A DNA stretch of 64,000 bases from Diplonema japonicum (taxonomy: Eukaryota; Protista; Euglenozoa: Diplonemea): NCBI GenBank assembly GCA_964019335.1, contig OZ025675.1:248001-312000 (forward strand), in the 5' to 3' direction. Shown here piece by piece: positions 12,201 to 23,586 of the stretch. Position numbers and translations under genes: made by a program. The first letter of the stretch is position 1; every line of letters begins with the position of its first letter. The notes beneath the pieces were generated by a model that was not told where the DNA came from, searched no databases, and worked only from the letters and a program-made list of their open reading frames with translations.

Positions 12201-14468
12201 CTTCAGGAGGTCCCAGATAGCCCTGCGTGCCTGCACATCCATCCCTGCTGTCGGCTCGTCCAGGATGATGAACTTCGAGCCACCGATGAGAGCGATCCCT
12301 ACACTGAGCTTCCTCTTCATTCCCCCTGACAGTGAAGCAGAGTCGACGTTCTTCTTCCCGGCCAGCCCTACCTTCTCGAGGAGGTTGTCCACCTGTTGCT
12401 CCAGCTCCCCTGACGGGATCCCCTTCACACGCCCGTAGTAACGCAGGTGCTCTGCGCACGTCATGTTGTCCCACAGGATGTTGTGCTGCGGGCACAGCCC
12501 GATGTCCCGCCGCACCTCCCCGAGGTTGTCCACGATGGAGTTCTCGTACACGGTGGCATCGCCGGAGGTCACAGGCAGCATCCCCGTCAGCATGTTGATG
12601 AGCGTTGTCTTCCCTGCCCCGTTGTGCCCCAGCAGGGCCAGGATCTGCCCCTCGTACAGGGAGAGGTTCACGTTGTTCACCGCCACCTTGGGTTCCTTGG
12701 TCTCTCCTTTGAATTCCTTTCTCAGGTTTGTGATTTTGATGCGTTCCTTCCGAAGCAGAGCCTGCTCCGTGATGCTTTCCATGTTCCTTCTGTCGAACAT
12801 GCCGTCTACTGCGCTGAGGTTTGCGAAGGACGCCGAGCGGAACCAGTAAGGGGGCCAGCAGAAGTAGAAGAAAGGCTTTTTCGCACCCCACTCGCTTGGC
12901 ATCACCTGGTCCAGCCACAAGGCGACCACAAGGTAAAGAACGGTGTCCAGCCACAAAAAGCCGAGGGCGGAGAGGAACGAGTACCGGCCGTCATTTGCGG
13001 TGTCCCACGTGACGGGGGCGCCCCGTCCAGCTGCTTTGAACACGATCGACATTGCCTCGCTGAAGGCGCATGTGTTGAAGATCGACAGGCTGTACGAGGT
13101 GGTCGACGATGGGTCCTGCAGGATAAACGACGGAAGCGCCGAGAAGAGGAACACCATCGGGCTGACAATCCCGGCAAGCGACGCCTTCGAGAACAACGTC
13201 GACAGCAGCACCCCCGCCGAGGCGAGGGACAGCCCGTAGCTGAAGAAGAGAAGGAACACAATGGAGTACTCCATCTCATGAAGCATCGTGGCCTGCATCA
13301 CAATGGAGAGGATGAACCCTGTGACGACCATCTGAAGCATTGTCGTCACCACCCACGACAATTTAAACGCTGACGAGGACAGCCCCATGATGAGCATCGC
13401 TTCACGGACACGACTTTCCTTTTCACGCACGATCTGCGACACAACCTGCGACATGGGGAAGAGGAAGGACAACGTCAGCATCAACGGGGCGTAGAACCCA
13501 CCGCCGGTCATGAAATCGCTAATTCGGTATCCTTGAACGGGCATGGGAATGAGCGTGCTCGGCAAACTATCGACACCAGTTATGTTCTGGTTTATCAAGT
13601 TCTGGATGGACAAGAATCCCCCCCCGAGATAAATTCGAAACTTCCTAACAAACCCCGGCTTGGTCGAGTCGTAAGCATCTGTCCCAGGAGTGGACGTCCG
13701 GTTCATCCTGATAACAAAGTCCGTGGGGCCGTTCACTACAATCACCGCCCATATCCTATCGGAACCATCATGAGACGTAGCGAAGGACATGGCGTCCGAC
13801 TCTGTCTTGAAATGCTGCCTCGTGAACTGGTACGTGTAGGTATTCTCCATAAAAAATGTGTGCAGTCCATCGACTATGCCTTGTTGCTCAGGCGTGTTTG
13901 GAACAAAACTAACATTCACACCGGTTGCAATAGAGTTCACCATTTTGTCATCAGAGAATGTATCCTCGCCGGGGAGTTCTACGGTCATTGCGAAATTCCT
14001 CCACAGGGCTACTAGGTCGTAGCTTGGTATTTTTGTTGCGTTTTCTACGTAAAGCCATGGCGAGAGAATGTCGCTTAGGCGCCCGTCGTCATTGTTGTCA
14101 GGAACATCAGATGTGAGGCAGAGATTTCCCAAGCAGTGGAATGACGCTGGAGTGTCATTGCATTTTTGGTAATTTTCCGTTGGGCCGTCCAACCTGCACA
14201 TCCATGGTTTGAAATATTCATCAGGATCGAAGAAATTTCCGTCGAATTCCCTGTTGTTCCAGGTGGAGAAGCCTGCTGCATAGTACGCCGGCAGTACCGC
14301 TATCATGAACAGAGAAGGCAGGAGGATCTCTACTACCGTGCTGAGAAATGCTCGTGATTTTAGGCGGAGGTTTTTTATCACTACGAAACCAACCGCCTCC
14401 AGTATATGCGGTTTTGTGTAGCTGCCAACCGGAACATGATTGTCATCTGGGCTATGCAGCATAGCCAT
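9282..14468 (-). CDS. Full-length ABC transporter, subfamily A (TMD-NBD-TMD-NBD), 1728 aa
   Basis: NBD1: GHNGAGKTT / LSGGMKRKL / IILDEPTAGMD. NBD2: GTNGAGKTT / LSGGNKRK / ILLDEPTAGMD. ABCA hallmarks EKESRVREAMLIMGL, TTLEEIF and large extracellular loops after TM1 of each half. Confidence 0.97.
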   Translation of the reverse strand: MAMLHSPDDNHVPVGSYTKPHILEAVGFVVIKNLRLKSRAFLSTVVEILLPSLFMIAVLPAYYAAGFSTWNNREFDGNFFDPDEYFKPWMCRLDGPTENYQKCNDTPASFHCLGNLCLTSDVPDNNDDGRLSDILSPWLYVENATKIPSYDLVALWRNFAMTVELPGEDTFSDDKMVNSIATGVNVSFVPNTPEQQGIVDGLHTFFMENTYTYQFTRQHFKTESDAMSFATSHDGSDRIWAVIVVNGPTDFVIRMNRTSTPGTDAYDSTKPGFVRKFRIYLGGGFLSIQNLINQNITGVDSLPSTLIPMPVQGYRISDFMTGGGFYAPLMLTLSFLFPMSQVVSQIVREKESRVREAMLIMGLSSSAFKLSWVVTTMLQMVVTGFILSIVMQATMLHEMEYSIVFLLFFSYGLSLASAGVLLSTLFSKASLAGIVSPMVFLFSALPSFILQDPSSTTSYSLSIFNTCAFSEAMSIVFKAAGRGAPVTWDTANDGRYSFLSALGFLWLDTVLYLVVALWLDQVMPSEWGAKKPFFYFCWPPYWFRSASFANLSAVDGMFDRRNMESITEQALLRKERIKITNLRKEFKGETKEPKVAVNNVNLSLYEGQILALLGHNGAGKTTLINMLTGMLPVTSGDATVYENSIVDNLGEVRRDIGLCPQHNILWDNMTCAEHLRYYGRVKGIPSGELEQQVDNLLEKVGLAGKKNVDSASLSGGMKRKLSVGIALIGGSKFIILDEPTAGMDVQARRAIWDLLKNMRTGRTVLLTTHFMDEADLLGDSIAILHGGRVHCWGSSFFLKQKLGVGYNLTMELDAGSSTEKIAAAVRKEVAPLKANNPQEVEQLSAAGSELTLRVPMWGVPNFAQMFAALEKNGKELGIMSFGMSVTTLEEIFIKIAHDLEHREPTDKTTKLLSDVQPTYDGKAELLKGIDIDPNERLHDSALYRSQWRGLFYKKLQYGRRDKCTIAFQLVLPVVFIMFTMMLAGMPVGDLPSIDLWRYGEDSIFPVAPADSTYATNTIEGVTPVPTNYSSIEAMDEWLLHRNDTENVKCWQALYQSTVGWNAHKTLFHNASSLHSLPIALNGFASAVLKEQTGNRDAYIKLVANPMPFSDFFKNQIEGMIAVMTSINVMLPFCFIPANYVAFLVKERVSKSKHVQIVSGVKLTAYWLSSFCWDLAAFAVSTSLSIIVFFMFDRTEYIGSGEAFAATVMLFLSYGMTAIVAAYAASFHFEKPSTGQNTVLMGNYVSGFVLVIVIGIFQIIDSTKGLAKDLRFVFRLVPAFCLGDGIMALAQLPSNRNNGMTDDTPLTMNIVGWDIVFLWIMFPIYAALAMSHDFPQIWYKLGLRTPPDTHDTSNFVEPTNMDDDVAAEKAEVMAGRAGDVVAVKKLRKVYPGKRPKVAVKEITFGVKTDEIFAFLGTNGAGKTTAISVLAGDFAPTSGTASIKGYDVVTQSTEAKRELGYCPQFDALLDLLTPKEHIELYAALRGVPSEMRKKMSESLMKILGLEEHQNTICKSLSGGNKRKTSIAISLIGGPSCILLDEPTAGMDPVARRGMWTALQSIGKGRCVVLTTHHLEEVEALAHRTAIMVDGALQCLGTLSHLKSKFGGAYEIQAKVAPQQEGAVVRFFTERFPSSVLIEQTNHRLTYQLPSGQKLSEMFSTINNARESLGIVDYSINETSLEQVFIAICKQYMHHEHEDSTTGTDTSVEQKKNPLAKGIQGLMRFCRKDDE

Positions 14469-15511
14469 TTTTTTTTTTTTTTTTGTTTTTTTTTTGAATC
14501 TTTTTTTTTTTTTTTTTTTTTTTTTTGTGGTGGAAATTTTTATAATTAGGGAAAAGAAAAGAAGAAGAAGAAGAAAAAAAAAAAAAAAAAGGAAATATAA
14601 AAAAATTAGTTCGGTTCGTTCTTAAACCCCATGATTTGGGCGATCAAGTCCCTGATTTTCTTTTTTTTCCCCTTTCCCCCCCCCCCTTTTTTTCATTTTG
14701 CTTTAGATTAGGTGTAGAAGTAGGGCAAGATAAAAAGAAATTCACTATGATAGGAACGAAGTGGTTGGCAACGGCCCGCCAAAAAAAAAAAAAAAAAGAG
14801 CGTCAAGGTTTCTTTTTTTTTTTTTCCTCTTTTCTTTTTTTTTTTTTCCCTCTTTTTTTTTTTCTTCTTTGTTTCAAAGAGAAATGTGATTGAGAAGAAT
14901 TTACTCAAAAAAAAAAATATATATATATATAGTATCGCATAGATCTGAGACAAGACAACATTAGTGTCCTGGGACCACTCCTAAAGACAAAGGGATCCTG
15001 ACACGAACTCTTCAGATTTCTGTTTCCTCCCCACCGCCCCATCACGAGGCCTATGCCCTCAAGACCGGAACGAATAGTGTAATATAAAAATCCAACGCAA
15101 TGGCATAGCAAAGAAAGAAGAAGAAAAAAAGAAGAAGAAAATACCGTAAAACAATAAATTTACCGAAAAGTAATCTTCCTTAAAGGAAGTCCCTGTGAGA
15201 CACCGCCTTGTTCTCATCTTCTACCTGCACCTATCCACTTTTGGTGGTCTTGCCGGCCTTCCATTGTCCTTTCAACGCCTCTAGGTCACGCATGGTGGCT
15301 AATAATGTTTTACAGTTTTTTTTTTTTTTTCGTATAAAAGATAAATAAGAGATAAAGGAGGCCAGTTGTTGCAGGAAAAAAAAAAAAAAATTGACTTCGT
15401 TCATTTTATGACTTTTTACGTCGCTTTTCGCAAAATTTTGTATGTTGTGCAGACGGTACAGGTTCTGAGATAACTAATTCTTCTTTTTTTTTTTTTTATA
15501 TTCTCTTGCAA

Positions 15512-15833
15512 CATAGTATCCAGGGTTAACCGATCACCTTCGGGGTTTTGAAAACCCGAACCCGAGCAATTTTTAGATTTTCGATCACATTGATTTATGA
15601 TGGGTTGATGCTCTAATTTTGTTGAGAATATTGGTTTTCGGCTTGTTATTATATACCAAGGTTTGCTACACTTCCTGTTCGGGAAAATAATCCTTTTCTA
15701 AGTCGTTTCGATGCTCCCTGGGATCGCGAATAGAAGGGTTTTAGCTTGGTTGTTTTCAATTGACGTCAATTTTAAAAGCCCTGATGACTGTAATTAAAAA
15801 CCCGTGGGAGATCGGTTAACCCTGGATACTATG
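15512..15833. mobile_element. MITE with 24-bp perfect TIR (CATAGTATCCAGGGTTAACCGATC)
   Basis: The inverted repeat is read directly. Flanking hexamers ttgcaa / ttacaa are a possible 6-bp TSD with one mismatch. No ORF. Confidence 0.85.
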
Positions 15834-16272
15834 TTACAAAACCTTTGTTAAATGCAAAAAAAAAAAAAAAAGGAAAGGAAAAAAAAGAGTAGGGCGAGAA
15901 AGTTATCCACCATGCTACCACCACTCTTTTTCTAACAGTTCATAATATTTTTCCAACGTTCACTGGTTGGTGCTTACGTACTGGGGACACCCGTACCTGT
16001 TACCATTCTGCTGTTGCATCCTGGTGCCGGCCGTCGGGGTTTGCCACTCAGTCATGGATGGCATCTGTGCTTAGGACATCGGTTACAGTCCCTCATATAA
16101 GGAGCTGATTGAAAAAAAAAAATAATTCCTTATGACTATATGTCTTTGTTGTTCGCACGAGCAAAAAAGGTTTTTTTAAAAAGCTGCGAAAGTTTTTTGC
16201 TCGGCACAAGTTGCATATAGTTATAAAATCATTTTTTGAAAGATAAATATTTGTGACAAAAAAAAAAAAAAA

Positions 16273-17170
16273 TATATGAGTTAAAGGAAGTCTTTGTGAG
16301 ACGCCCCCTTGTTCTCATGCTCTACCTGCACCTATCCCCCTTCAGCAGCGGTTTCTCCTTCTTCGGTGGTCGTGCCGGCCTCCTCCCCAGCTTGGCTACT
16401 TTTTCCCTTCTTTCCTTTGCCCATTGCTTCCCCAGCTCCTCCAGGTCGTACTTGGTCTTCGTTGATGCAAAGATTGCTCTTCTACTCCACCCGATCACCG
16501 CCTTCGTCCCTCCGATTGATCGCAGCGTATGTACTCTCTTGCATGGTTCAGCAGGGAAGGCCCTCCTTCCTTTCACCTTCTTCTGCAGTCTCCCTAGTTC
16601 CCATGTGTTCCACACCTTCTTCATCACCGTGTGCAGTCTCCTGGCCTTCTGTCGCACCTCTGCCAACTCCCCTAGCTTCCCTCCAAGGGATTTCTGGGTC
16701 ACGTTTTCGAAATCCAGCGCCGGCTCCACCGTCGACACTGCCGTGCTTCTGTTCCCTCCATACCAGCGCAGCTGCTTGAGCCATTTCAGCACCGGCTTCG
16801 TGTACTCCTTCAGGGTGTTGCCGGTCTGCAGCCTCGCGAACTCCTCCTCTGTTGGTGCTGGGTGTGCCTCCCCCTCCGTGATCTCCAGCCATTGGTGTGT
16901 CCGGTAGATCTGCTGCCTCTTTGCCTGCAAGGCTGCGTCGCGTTCCCCCGCCACAGCCAGCAGGTAACGCTGGGTCTTCTCGAGCCTGTCCTTGTTCTCC
17001 TTGGCCGCTTCCCTCGGGAGGATGCCATGGAGCCTCATGCATGGTTCTAGGCCTGTTCGTGTCGTGCCTGCATGTGCCTCCCGTTGCCTTACTTCGACAG
17101 CCAGTTCGCACTCCCACAGTGCATGCTCCAGGATGTTGGATACCTGTTGCATCTGACCGCATACGTCGCA
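16273..17170 (-). mobile_element. LINE family B, 5'-truncated (~0.9 kb; zinc finger to C-terminus)
   Basis: CDVC...HALWEC, KWLKQLRWY...TVEPALDFE, HTLRSIG...WSRRAIF; A-runs on both sides (+ strand). Confidence 0.88.
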
Positions 17171-17597
17171 AAAGAAAAAAAAAAAACAAAGAGGGGAAAA
17201 AAAAAATAATTCTTTATGACTATATGTCTTTATTTGCACGAGCAAAAAAAAAAAAAGAAAAAAGAAAGTTGTAAAAAGCTGCGAAAGCTTCTTTTTTTTT
17301 TTTTTTTTTCTTTTTCCCTGTTGCTCGGCACAGGTTGCAAATAGTAATAAAATCATTTTTCTTTTTTTTTTTGAAGGATCTAAGTATTGTAGTTGAAAAA
17401 AAAAAAGAAAAAGAGGTTTTTTGTGTGGGAAAAAAAATAAAAACAAAGGAGTTCGATGGTGTAAGCCTTTGTATACTCTCGAGCTTCTCCAGCTGTGAGT
17501 GGATGAGAGGAAGAACATGAAGATCCGCTACCTTCTGGAAGACAAAGCAGTTTACGCACACGGGAAGGTAATAACTGTGAGATTTTGTACCAGGGCC

Positions 17598-17628
<31 letters not shown>

Positions 17629-19042
17629 AAAGCACACAGCTCCTGCTATCAAATGCGGACTCCGAGGTCACCATTGCTATATAAGCAAGGGACAGTGTAT
17701 TCAAAACAGTAACTTAAAAAATAAAAATAAAAAAAAGCCAAATCTGACAAGTTCGTCGGCAAGGCGTTTCGAAAGAGATACACAAAGAAAAAAAGAGGCA
17801 ACCAGCAAACAGTTGGTTATAGAGACTAATGGGACGAGCGGGTAGTGGGAGGGGGTTGTCCAAGAGGCTGTTTTTTCCCACCTTTTTTTTTGGGGGTGTT
17901 CTTTCCTTTTTCTGTTGTCATGATCATAAGAAACATGAAAAAAGAAAAAAAAAGGGGGGGGGAAGGGGAAAGAAAAAACCCATTAAGAACAAAATCAGAT
18001 TGTTAGCTAAAATAGTACTACATAACATAAAAAAGAAAAAGAAAAAGAAAAAAAAGAGTCAGCTGATTGTTGTTGGTGCAAGCTGTGTTCACCTACAGTG
18101 GGATGAGGTACAGGGATAAACAAACAAACCTGCCTCTACTCTTTTTTTTTACAACAACAATTCTCAGTTTTCAGGTTCAAAGTTTGTATTCTTGTTCCAG
18201 CAAAAAGAAAAAAAAAAAAAGAAAAAATCACTAGTGGTTAGCAACAGCCCGCCGCGGTGGCGTGCCTACCTTATGATGCTCCCCTTTTGGGGTCGTTCCC
18301 TGCTACCCACCGAAAAAAAGATTATATGCAACCCGGGGCAAAACCGAGAAAATCCAAAAAGATCACTAAGGGTCATACAAACACCCTCTCAATAAAAAAA
18401 AAAGTAGAATACACGCCAAGTCCTTTTAAAAGAACTCCTAATGTGCTTTTAAAAGAATGGTACCAAAAAAAAGAAACGCGAGGGGGGGGGGGGGGGGGGG
18501 GAGGGAGGGGAAAGCTCATTCAAGTATCACAAAGAAATTCTTTTGGATGGAACTACAACACGGTTTGAGGAATAACCATGTTTTTTTTTTTTCTTTCCCA
18601 AGGAAGGGGAGGACAAAAAAAATAAAAAAGACAAGCTTTTTCTTTTCTTTTTTTTTTCATGCAGACAGGTTGAGCAAGCAACCCACTTCACCTAATCAAA
18701 GAGAATACTTTTTCGTGTTTTTTTTTTTTTTTTTAATAGCTTTGAACAAATAACTGCAAAAAAAAAAAAATAATAATAACAGAAAAGAAAAGATCGATAA
18801 AGAAAATGGACATCGTGTAGGTAGAGCGCCCCATTCTTTTCACTTATTTGTATCGAATCATTCTGGCTCTCATCTACTCTTCTTTTTTTTTTTTTTTTTG
18901 CAATAACAATTTTTCAAAACCTAGTTTGAGGGGATCAACGTCTTACGCTGATGCGGTCTTCAGCTCCTTCAGCTTGTAAGGTAGGTCTCTATGCAAAGAG
19001 CTTTATTACTCTCTAAAAAAAAGTGCCATGAAGCGTCAGTCA

Positions 19043-20857
19043 TCAGTACACCTGCCGCCTCCTCATTACAGGTACCTTCTTTGTGATCATATCTGCTAGT
19101 GCACTGGCCAAGGGCTCGTTGGCATATGTCGCCAGAAGCCACTGAGCTTCGACATCGCCTGCTCCTCTTAAGTATAGCCTTGCTGCCTCGTTGTACTTCA
19201 CCCAGTACTTCGCCCGAGACTCGTCCAGTGCGTACATCCACTCCTGGTCAAGGTGTACCACACTTTGCCTATGGGTAACTACTCTCATTTCTAAACTGGA
19301 TTGAACACTTGCTGGTGTATGCGGTGTGTGTAACTGCGCTGCGATGTCTCCTTCGCCAAGTGCCTCCCACAGGATGGATTCTTGCTCGTTGTCATGCTTC
19401 ACAAAGGTGATTTCCCTGAGGATGATACGCATTTCCTGTGTGACAGAGGCGTCCATGTAAGCGGTGGTGTTGCACACAACCCCAATGCCCCACTCCGCAC
19501 CGAGCCTCTCGTACACAGATGTCAGAACCGCCGTGTTCCCCATGATGCTGAACCGCCTCACCTCGTTGTTCCCAAGGTCTCCCACCAGAACCTTCCCACC
19601 GCACACGGCTACGTTTACTTCCATGGTCTTCTCGGGTTTCATCTGCCTTAGTGTGGTGGCTGTCTTCACCGCCGCCACTGCGTGTTGGATGCATTTCCTT
19701 GCCGCGTTGAACGAGGCGTGCACGTGGTCCCCGACGAACAGATCCAGCATCCCCTTCTGTGCACGAACAGCGTGCAGTGCGAACCCGATCACCTTCGCGT
19801 GGAGGCGGCTGAACTCAACAGGTTCCGCCTCCGCCAGCTTCATTGAGTTCTTCATGTTCATCACCAGCATCGTCGCCCTTGTGGGTGTCAGAACATGCTG
19901 TGTGAGAGTCGGTGACTCCGGCATGGACGACAGTGCCGTGTGCGACTCCGACTGTGTACAGGATTGGGTGCGGGACTGGGAGTGGTAGCTGCTTTCGTCG
20001 TCGAAGCTGTCAGAATCGCCACTCCCCTGCAAACAGGACTGGGGGAGGTAAGGTTTATACGACCGGAGGTTCACAAGAATGGTGTGAAGCGCTTCGTGCA
20101 GCTTGTCGGGAAGGTCTTCCTTCGAAAGGTCGAGGTGGGCGTCTGCCTCTTCAAGCTTGAACCCTGCAAGGAAGGAGGCCACGTCGCGTGCTGCAAGAAC
20201 ACCCAGTTCCAACTTCCGTTTTTCAGCAAGAACCTCATCAGCGAAGCCTCTTGTGAAGTAGAAGTCAAGGAGGAAGACCGCCACGATGTTCAAGAAGGTG
20301 AGGCCAGCACTCAGTGTCTCCCGCTTGCAAGGGAGGGTGGTACAATCACATGCAACATCAAAGCGGTAAGCAGAGTCGCCGTTGAAGGTGCCGTTTCCAA
20401 TATCGTAGAGGCCGAAGCGGGTGGCGTCCTCGACGCTGGTGAGGAGGAGCCAGAGGATAAGTGTGATGATAACGACGATGGAGGACCTTGACCTGATCCT
20501 GCACACGAGGAACACATCGATGACAAGAACAGCAAGGGGCCACAACCTGGGGCGCATGGTTCCCAAGTTGTGGAAGTCTATGAAGATCACAGAGACTACG
20601 TCAGCATACCCAGCAAGTTCTATGAAGGTGTCGGAGGGGTTCTTGCCGATGAAGAACCACACGAGGGCGACGAAGTTACTCACTGCTGCAGTGTACGAGG
20701 CGATCTTCGCTGTGGTGAACTCTGTTGTGAAGGACCCCACTGTCCCAAGCAGCATCGGGGCAATGAAGAACCACAGTGCTGTCTTCTTCCTCTTGACCAT
20801 CGCCTCGTCGTCGCCGGCGAGGGCTACCTTGCTAAGGAGCCAGTCTTGCAGCCACAT
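19043..20857 (-). CDS. 6TM pseudo-cyclase paralog 2 (~604 aa)
   Basis: ORF 19043..20977; likely start MWLQDWLL (ATG 20857). Same motifs as paralog 1. Confidence 0.85.
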   Translation of the reverse strand: MWLQDWLLSKVALAGDDEAMVKRKKTALWFFIAPMLLGTVGSFTTEFTTAKIASYTAAVSNFVALVWFFIGKNPSDTFIELAGYADVVSVIFIDFHNLGTMRPRLWPLAVLVIDVFLVCRIRSRSSIVVIITLILWLLLTSVEDATRFGLYDIGNGTFNGDSAYRFDVACDCTTLPCKRETLSAGLTFLNIVAVFLLDFYFTRGFADEVLAEKRKLELGVLAARDVASFLAGFKLEEADAHLDLSKEDLPDKLHEALHTILVNLRSYKPYLPQSCLQGSGDSDSFDDESSYHSQSRTQSCTQSESHTALSSMPESPTLTQHVLTPTRATMLVMNMKNSMKLAEAEPVEFSRLHAKVIGFALHAVRAQKGMLDLFVGDHVHASFNAARKCIQHAVAAVKTATTLRQMKPEKTMEVNVAVCGGKVLVGDLGNNEVRRFSIMGNTAVLTSVYERLGAEWGIGVVCNTTAYMDASVTQEMRIILREITFVKHDNEQESILWEALGEGDIAAQLHTPHTPASVQSSLEMRVVTHRQSVVHLDQEWMYALDESRAKYWVKYNEAARLYLRGAGDVEAQWLLATYANEPLASALADMITKKVPVMRRRQVY

Positions 20858-22058
20858 GTGATGTGTGTTTATTGACCTTTTCATAAGAGACAGTGATTGA
20901 GGCAGTTGGGCTTTGAGAAAAAAAGAAAGGGAAATAAAAAGTAGGTTCTTTTGAGTTCTTCGTTCTTTTTTACTCAACGTTTTGTTCTCTTCTCCGCCTT
21001 TCGTTTTCTTTGGAGTTGCCTAGTGTTACCCGAGGGGGACCGCGGTCAACAAAAAAGGGGGGGGAAATGGAGGCTGCTCTACTTTGAGATGACAAGCACC
21101 CTAATATACATAGTGAGGGGATTCTTTTTCTTTTTTTAAAAAAGGAATGACGGCCAGAGAAGAAGAAAGGAGGGGGGGAAAAAAAGAATCCTATTCGTTT
21201 TTATCGGTTAGCCGTTGAGGTCTCTTTTTTTTCTTTTCTCTTTTCTTTTAATGCCGTGTTAGGGAGCCAGTCAGGAGGCCCTCAGCATTCAGCAAACCTT
21301 CCCCCCAATACCCCTTTCCCAAGAGTGAGAAAAGTATATTTTTGAGTTAAAGGAAGTCTTTGTGTAGCCCCCTTTTTTTCTCCATCCCTTAAAATAAAAA
21401 AAGGGATGTCTTTTTTTTTTTTTTTTTTAAAGTACTTTCGCGCTCTAACTCCGATTTCCTTTTTTTTTTTTTTTTTCATGTGCATTCTCCAGTCCAATAC
21501 CAGAGCGAAATATTGCTGTTTTTGATTCTTATTTTCTTCTTCTTGCTTGAGTAAAGTGAGAAGAGACAGAATTGACGGTAAAAGCTTCAGCAACATTTAT
21601 CTGCCCTTGAGTACTATCTTCAAGTATTTTGAAGCAGAGCATGCGCAAGGTGAACAACCGACGTTTGTGTATCACTAGAAACACATGGGTAGTACGGGGT
21701 GCAGTTCCCTCCAAATAAGGACCTGTTGTCAGAAAAAAAAGAAAATACTGTAAACCGAAAAATACCCAACTTATGAAAGGACGCGACCAGAGGGGCATGG
21801 GGAGCAGAACCGAAATGCTGGATTTCATCTCTTACATTTCTTGGGCGGGCAACCTGGGTGTCGACAGCCGACTTCGACTTTGCTTCGAGTTGGGAAAGTG
21901 GATTGAACACAGAAAGTTAAAACCCTTGTGGTGGTAAGTAAAGGGCATTAGTTTTTTCCCCGGGAATTTGTCACTCCGGCACATTTCTTCGCTTTTTTTT
22001 TTTTTTTTTTTTTTTACAGTATTTTATTTTCTCTCCCCTGATATAAAAAAAAAAAAAA

Positions 22059-22384
22059 TGGGGCTTTGATTGCAACACTAGGTGGCGTTAAGCGTGCAAC
22101 GAAGCACGAACTACCTACTTGATTACAGGGGGCGCTTCTCGGCCGAGCAGTAGCTTCTTCTGCGTTCCGCGTCGTGTCCTCAATGCGTGCGGTGTGCTCA
22201 ACCCTAGCCGGTGCGTCCCGGATAACCAAGATTCTGCGCTCGTGCAGTTTGCTGCCTGTTCGTCACCCTGAGCATCTGCTTTACGTTCTTCCACTCGGGC
22301 GCTACCGGTGATGACCGACGAGGAGGTCAACAGCGAACAACACATCTGATGTACTTCTTATATTTCCATTTTATCCCCACCACC
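22059..22384 (-). mobile_element. Family E body carrying a different 3' tail (tail F)
   Basis: Body matches 23313-23586. Tail 22059-22114 is unrelated to the E tail and recurs alone at ~48521-48573. Confidence 0.75.
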
Positions 22385-23264
22385 TTAAAAAAAGAAAAGG
22401 TAAAGAGGTGAAAGGAAATCCCTGATTTGGGATGTCCTGTCTTGTTCTTCTACCTGCCCCTATCTCCCTTCAGTGGCTTAAAAAGAAAAAGATAAATTTT
22501 TTTATCGCGTTTTCTTTTTTTCTGAGGGAAAAAAAATAGAGTTGAACAACTGAAAATGCTGGGGGGGGGGGGGGGGGGGGGGGAGGGGGTTATGACTATG
22601 CGATTTTAAAAGCCGAGAAAGTTCTTTTTTTTTTTTTGCTCGACACAAGCATGCATATACTATGATATAGTCAAAAACATCATTTTTCTTTTTGAAAAAG
22701 ATAAAATATCTGCAAACAGGAAATGGTTCAAAACTAGTCGCATTGGTTTTTCTTTTTTCTTTTTTTCTTTATCCGCTCGAGTAAAGGGGGGGGGGGGGTA
22801 CCCAGCAAAAAAACACTACGAAAAGTCTTTTGTAATCACTTCTTAGCCATATTGCATTTAAAAAAAAAGGGGGAGGGGAGAAAAAATCCATGTTCCCTAT
22901 TATAATGGTGCCAACAGGGTTCTTTTTTCAAGACTAAAAGTGATATCGAAATAACACCTCAGGGACGTCCCCAAGGTGAACAAAAATACTCCCCCTTTTT
23001 TCAACTTCTGAATCAATATGCACTAAACCCGTGTCGGCCCCAAAATTAAGGATCAGACAGAATTGCTTGTAATTAAATATTTTGAACACCTACGTATTCT
23101 GACGTGGGCACGTTTTATCAATAAAAACTTACGGGGTATTTTCGTAGATAAGGGAAACAGAAAGGGAACAGTTTTCTACTCCGATAGCTAAAAAAAACCT
23201 ATCGGCTAGAAGGGTTCTACAAAAATCCAAAAAGAAAAAAAAAAAAAAAAAAAAAAAAGAAAAA

Positions 23265-23586
23265 CTCGATGATTTAAAGGAAGCCGGTGGGGGCACCCTG
23301 CACAAGCACCATTTACTTGATTACAGGGGGCGCACCGCGGCCTATCTGTAGCTTCTTCTGCGTTCCGCGTCGTGTCCTCAATGCGTGCGGTGTGCAGCTC
23401 AACCCCAGCCGGGGCGCCCCGGGTAACCAAGATTCTGAGCTCGTGCAGTTTGCTGCCTGTTCATCACCCTGAGCATCTGCATTACGTTCTTCCACTCGGG
23501 CGCTACCGGTGATGACCGACGAGGAGGTCAACAGCGAACAACACATCTGATGTACTTCTTTATATTTCCATGTTATCCCCACCACC
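23265..23586 (-). mobile_element. SINE-like short degenerate retroposon, family E (~320 bp)
   Basis: Dispersed copies at 22059-22384, 29157-29440, 44135-44422, 49190-49425 and 49473-49740 stop at (or within a few bases of) the same distal point (atccccaccacc on +). Residual peptide HALRT resembles the LINE C-terminus; LINE-type 3' stem-loop. Confidence 0.8.

Noticed and set aside
11752-13373. Long overlapping and antisense ORFs within ABCA, cyclase and RT genes
   Set aside because: Expected shadows of GC3-rich coding sequence; no motifs.
17171-17518. 5' part of the 398-aa ORF 16322..17518
   Set aside because: Chance read-through of element H and A/T runs into the truncated LINE B frame.
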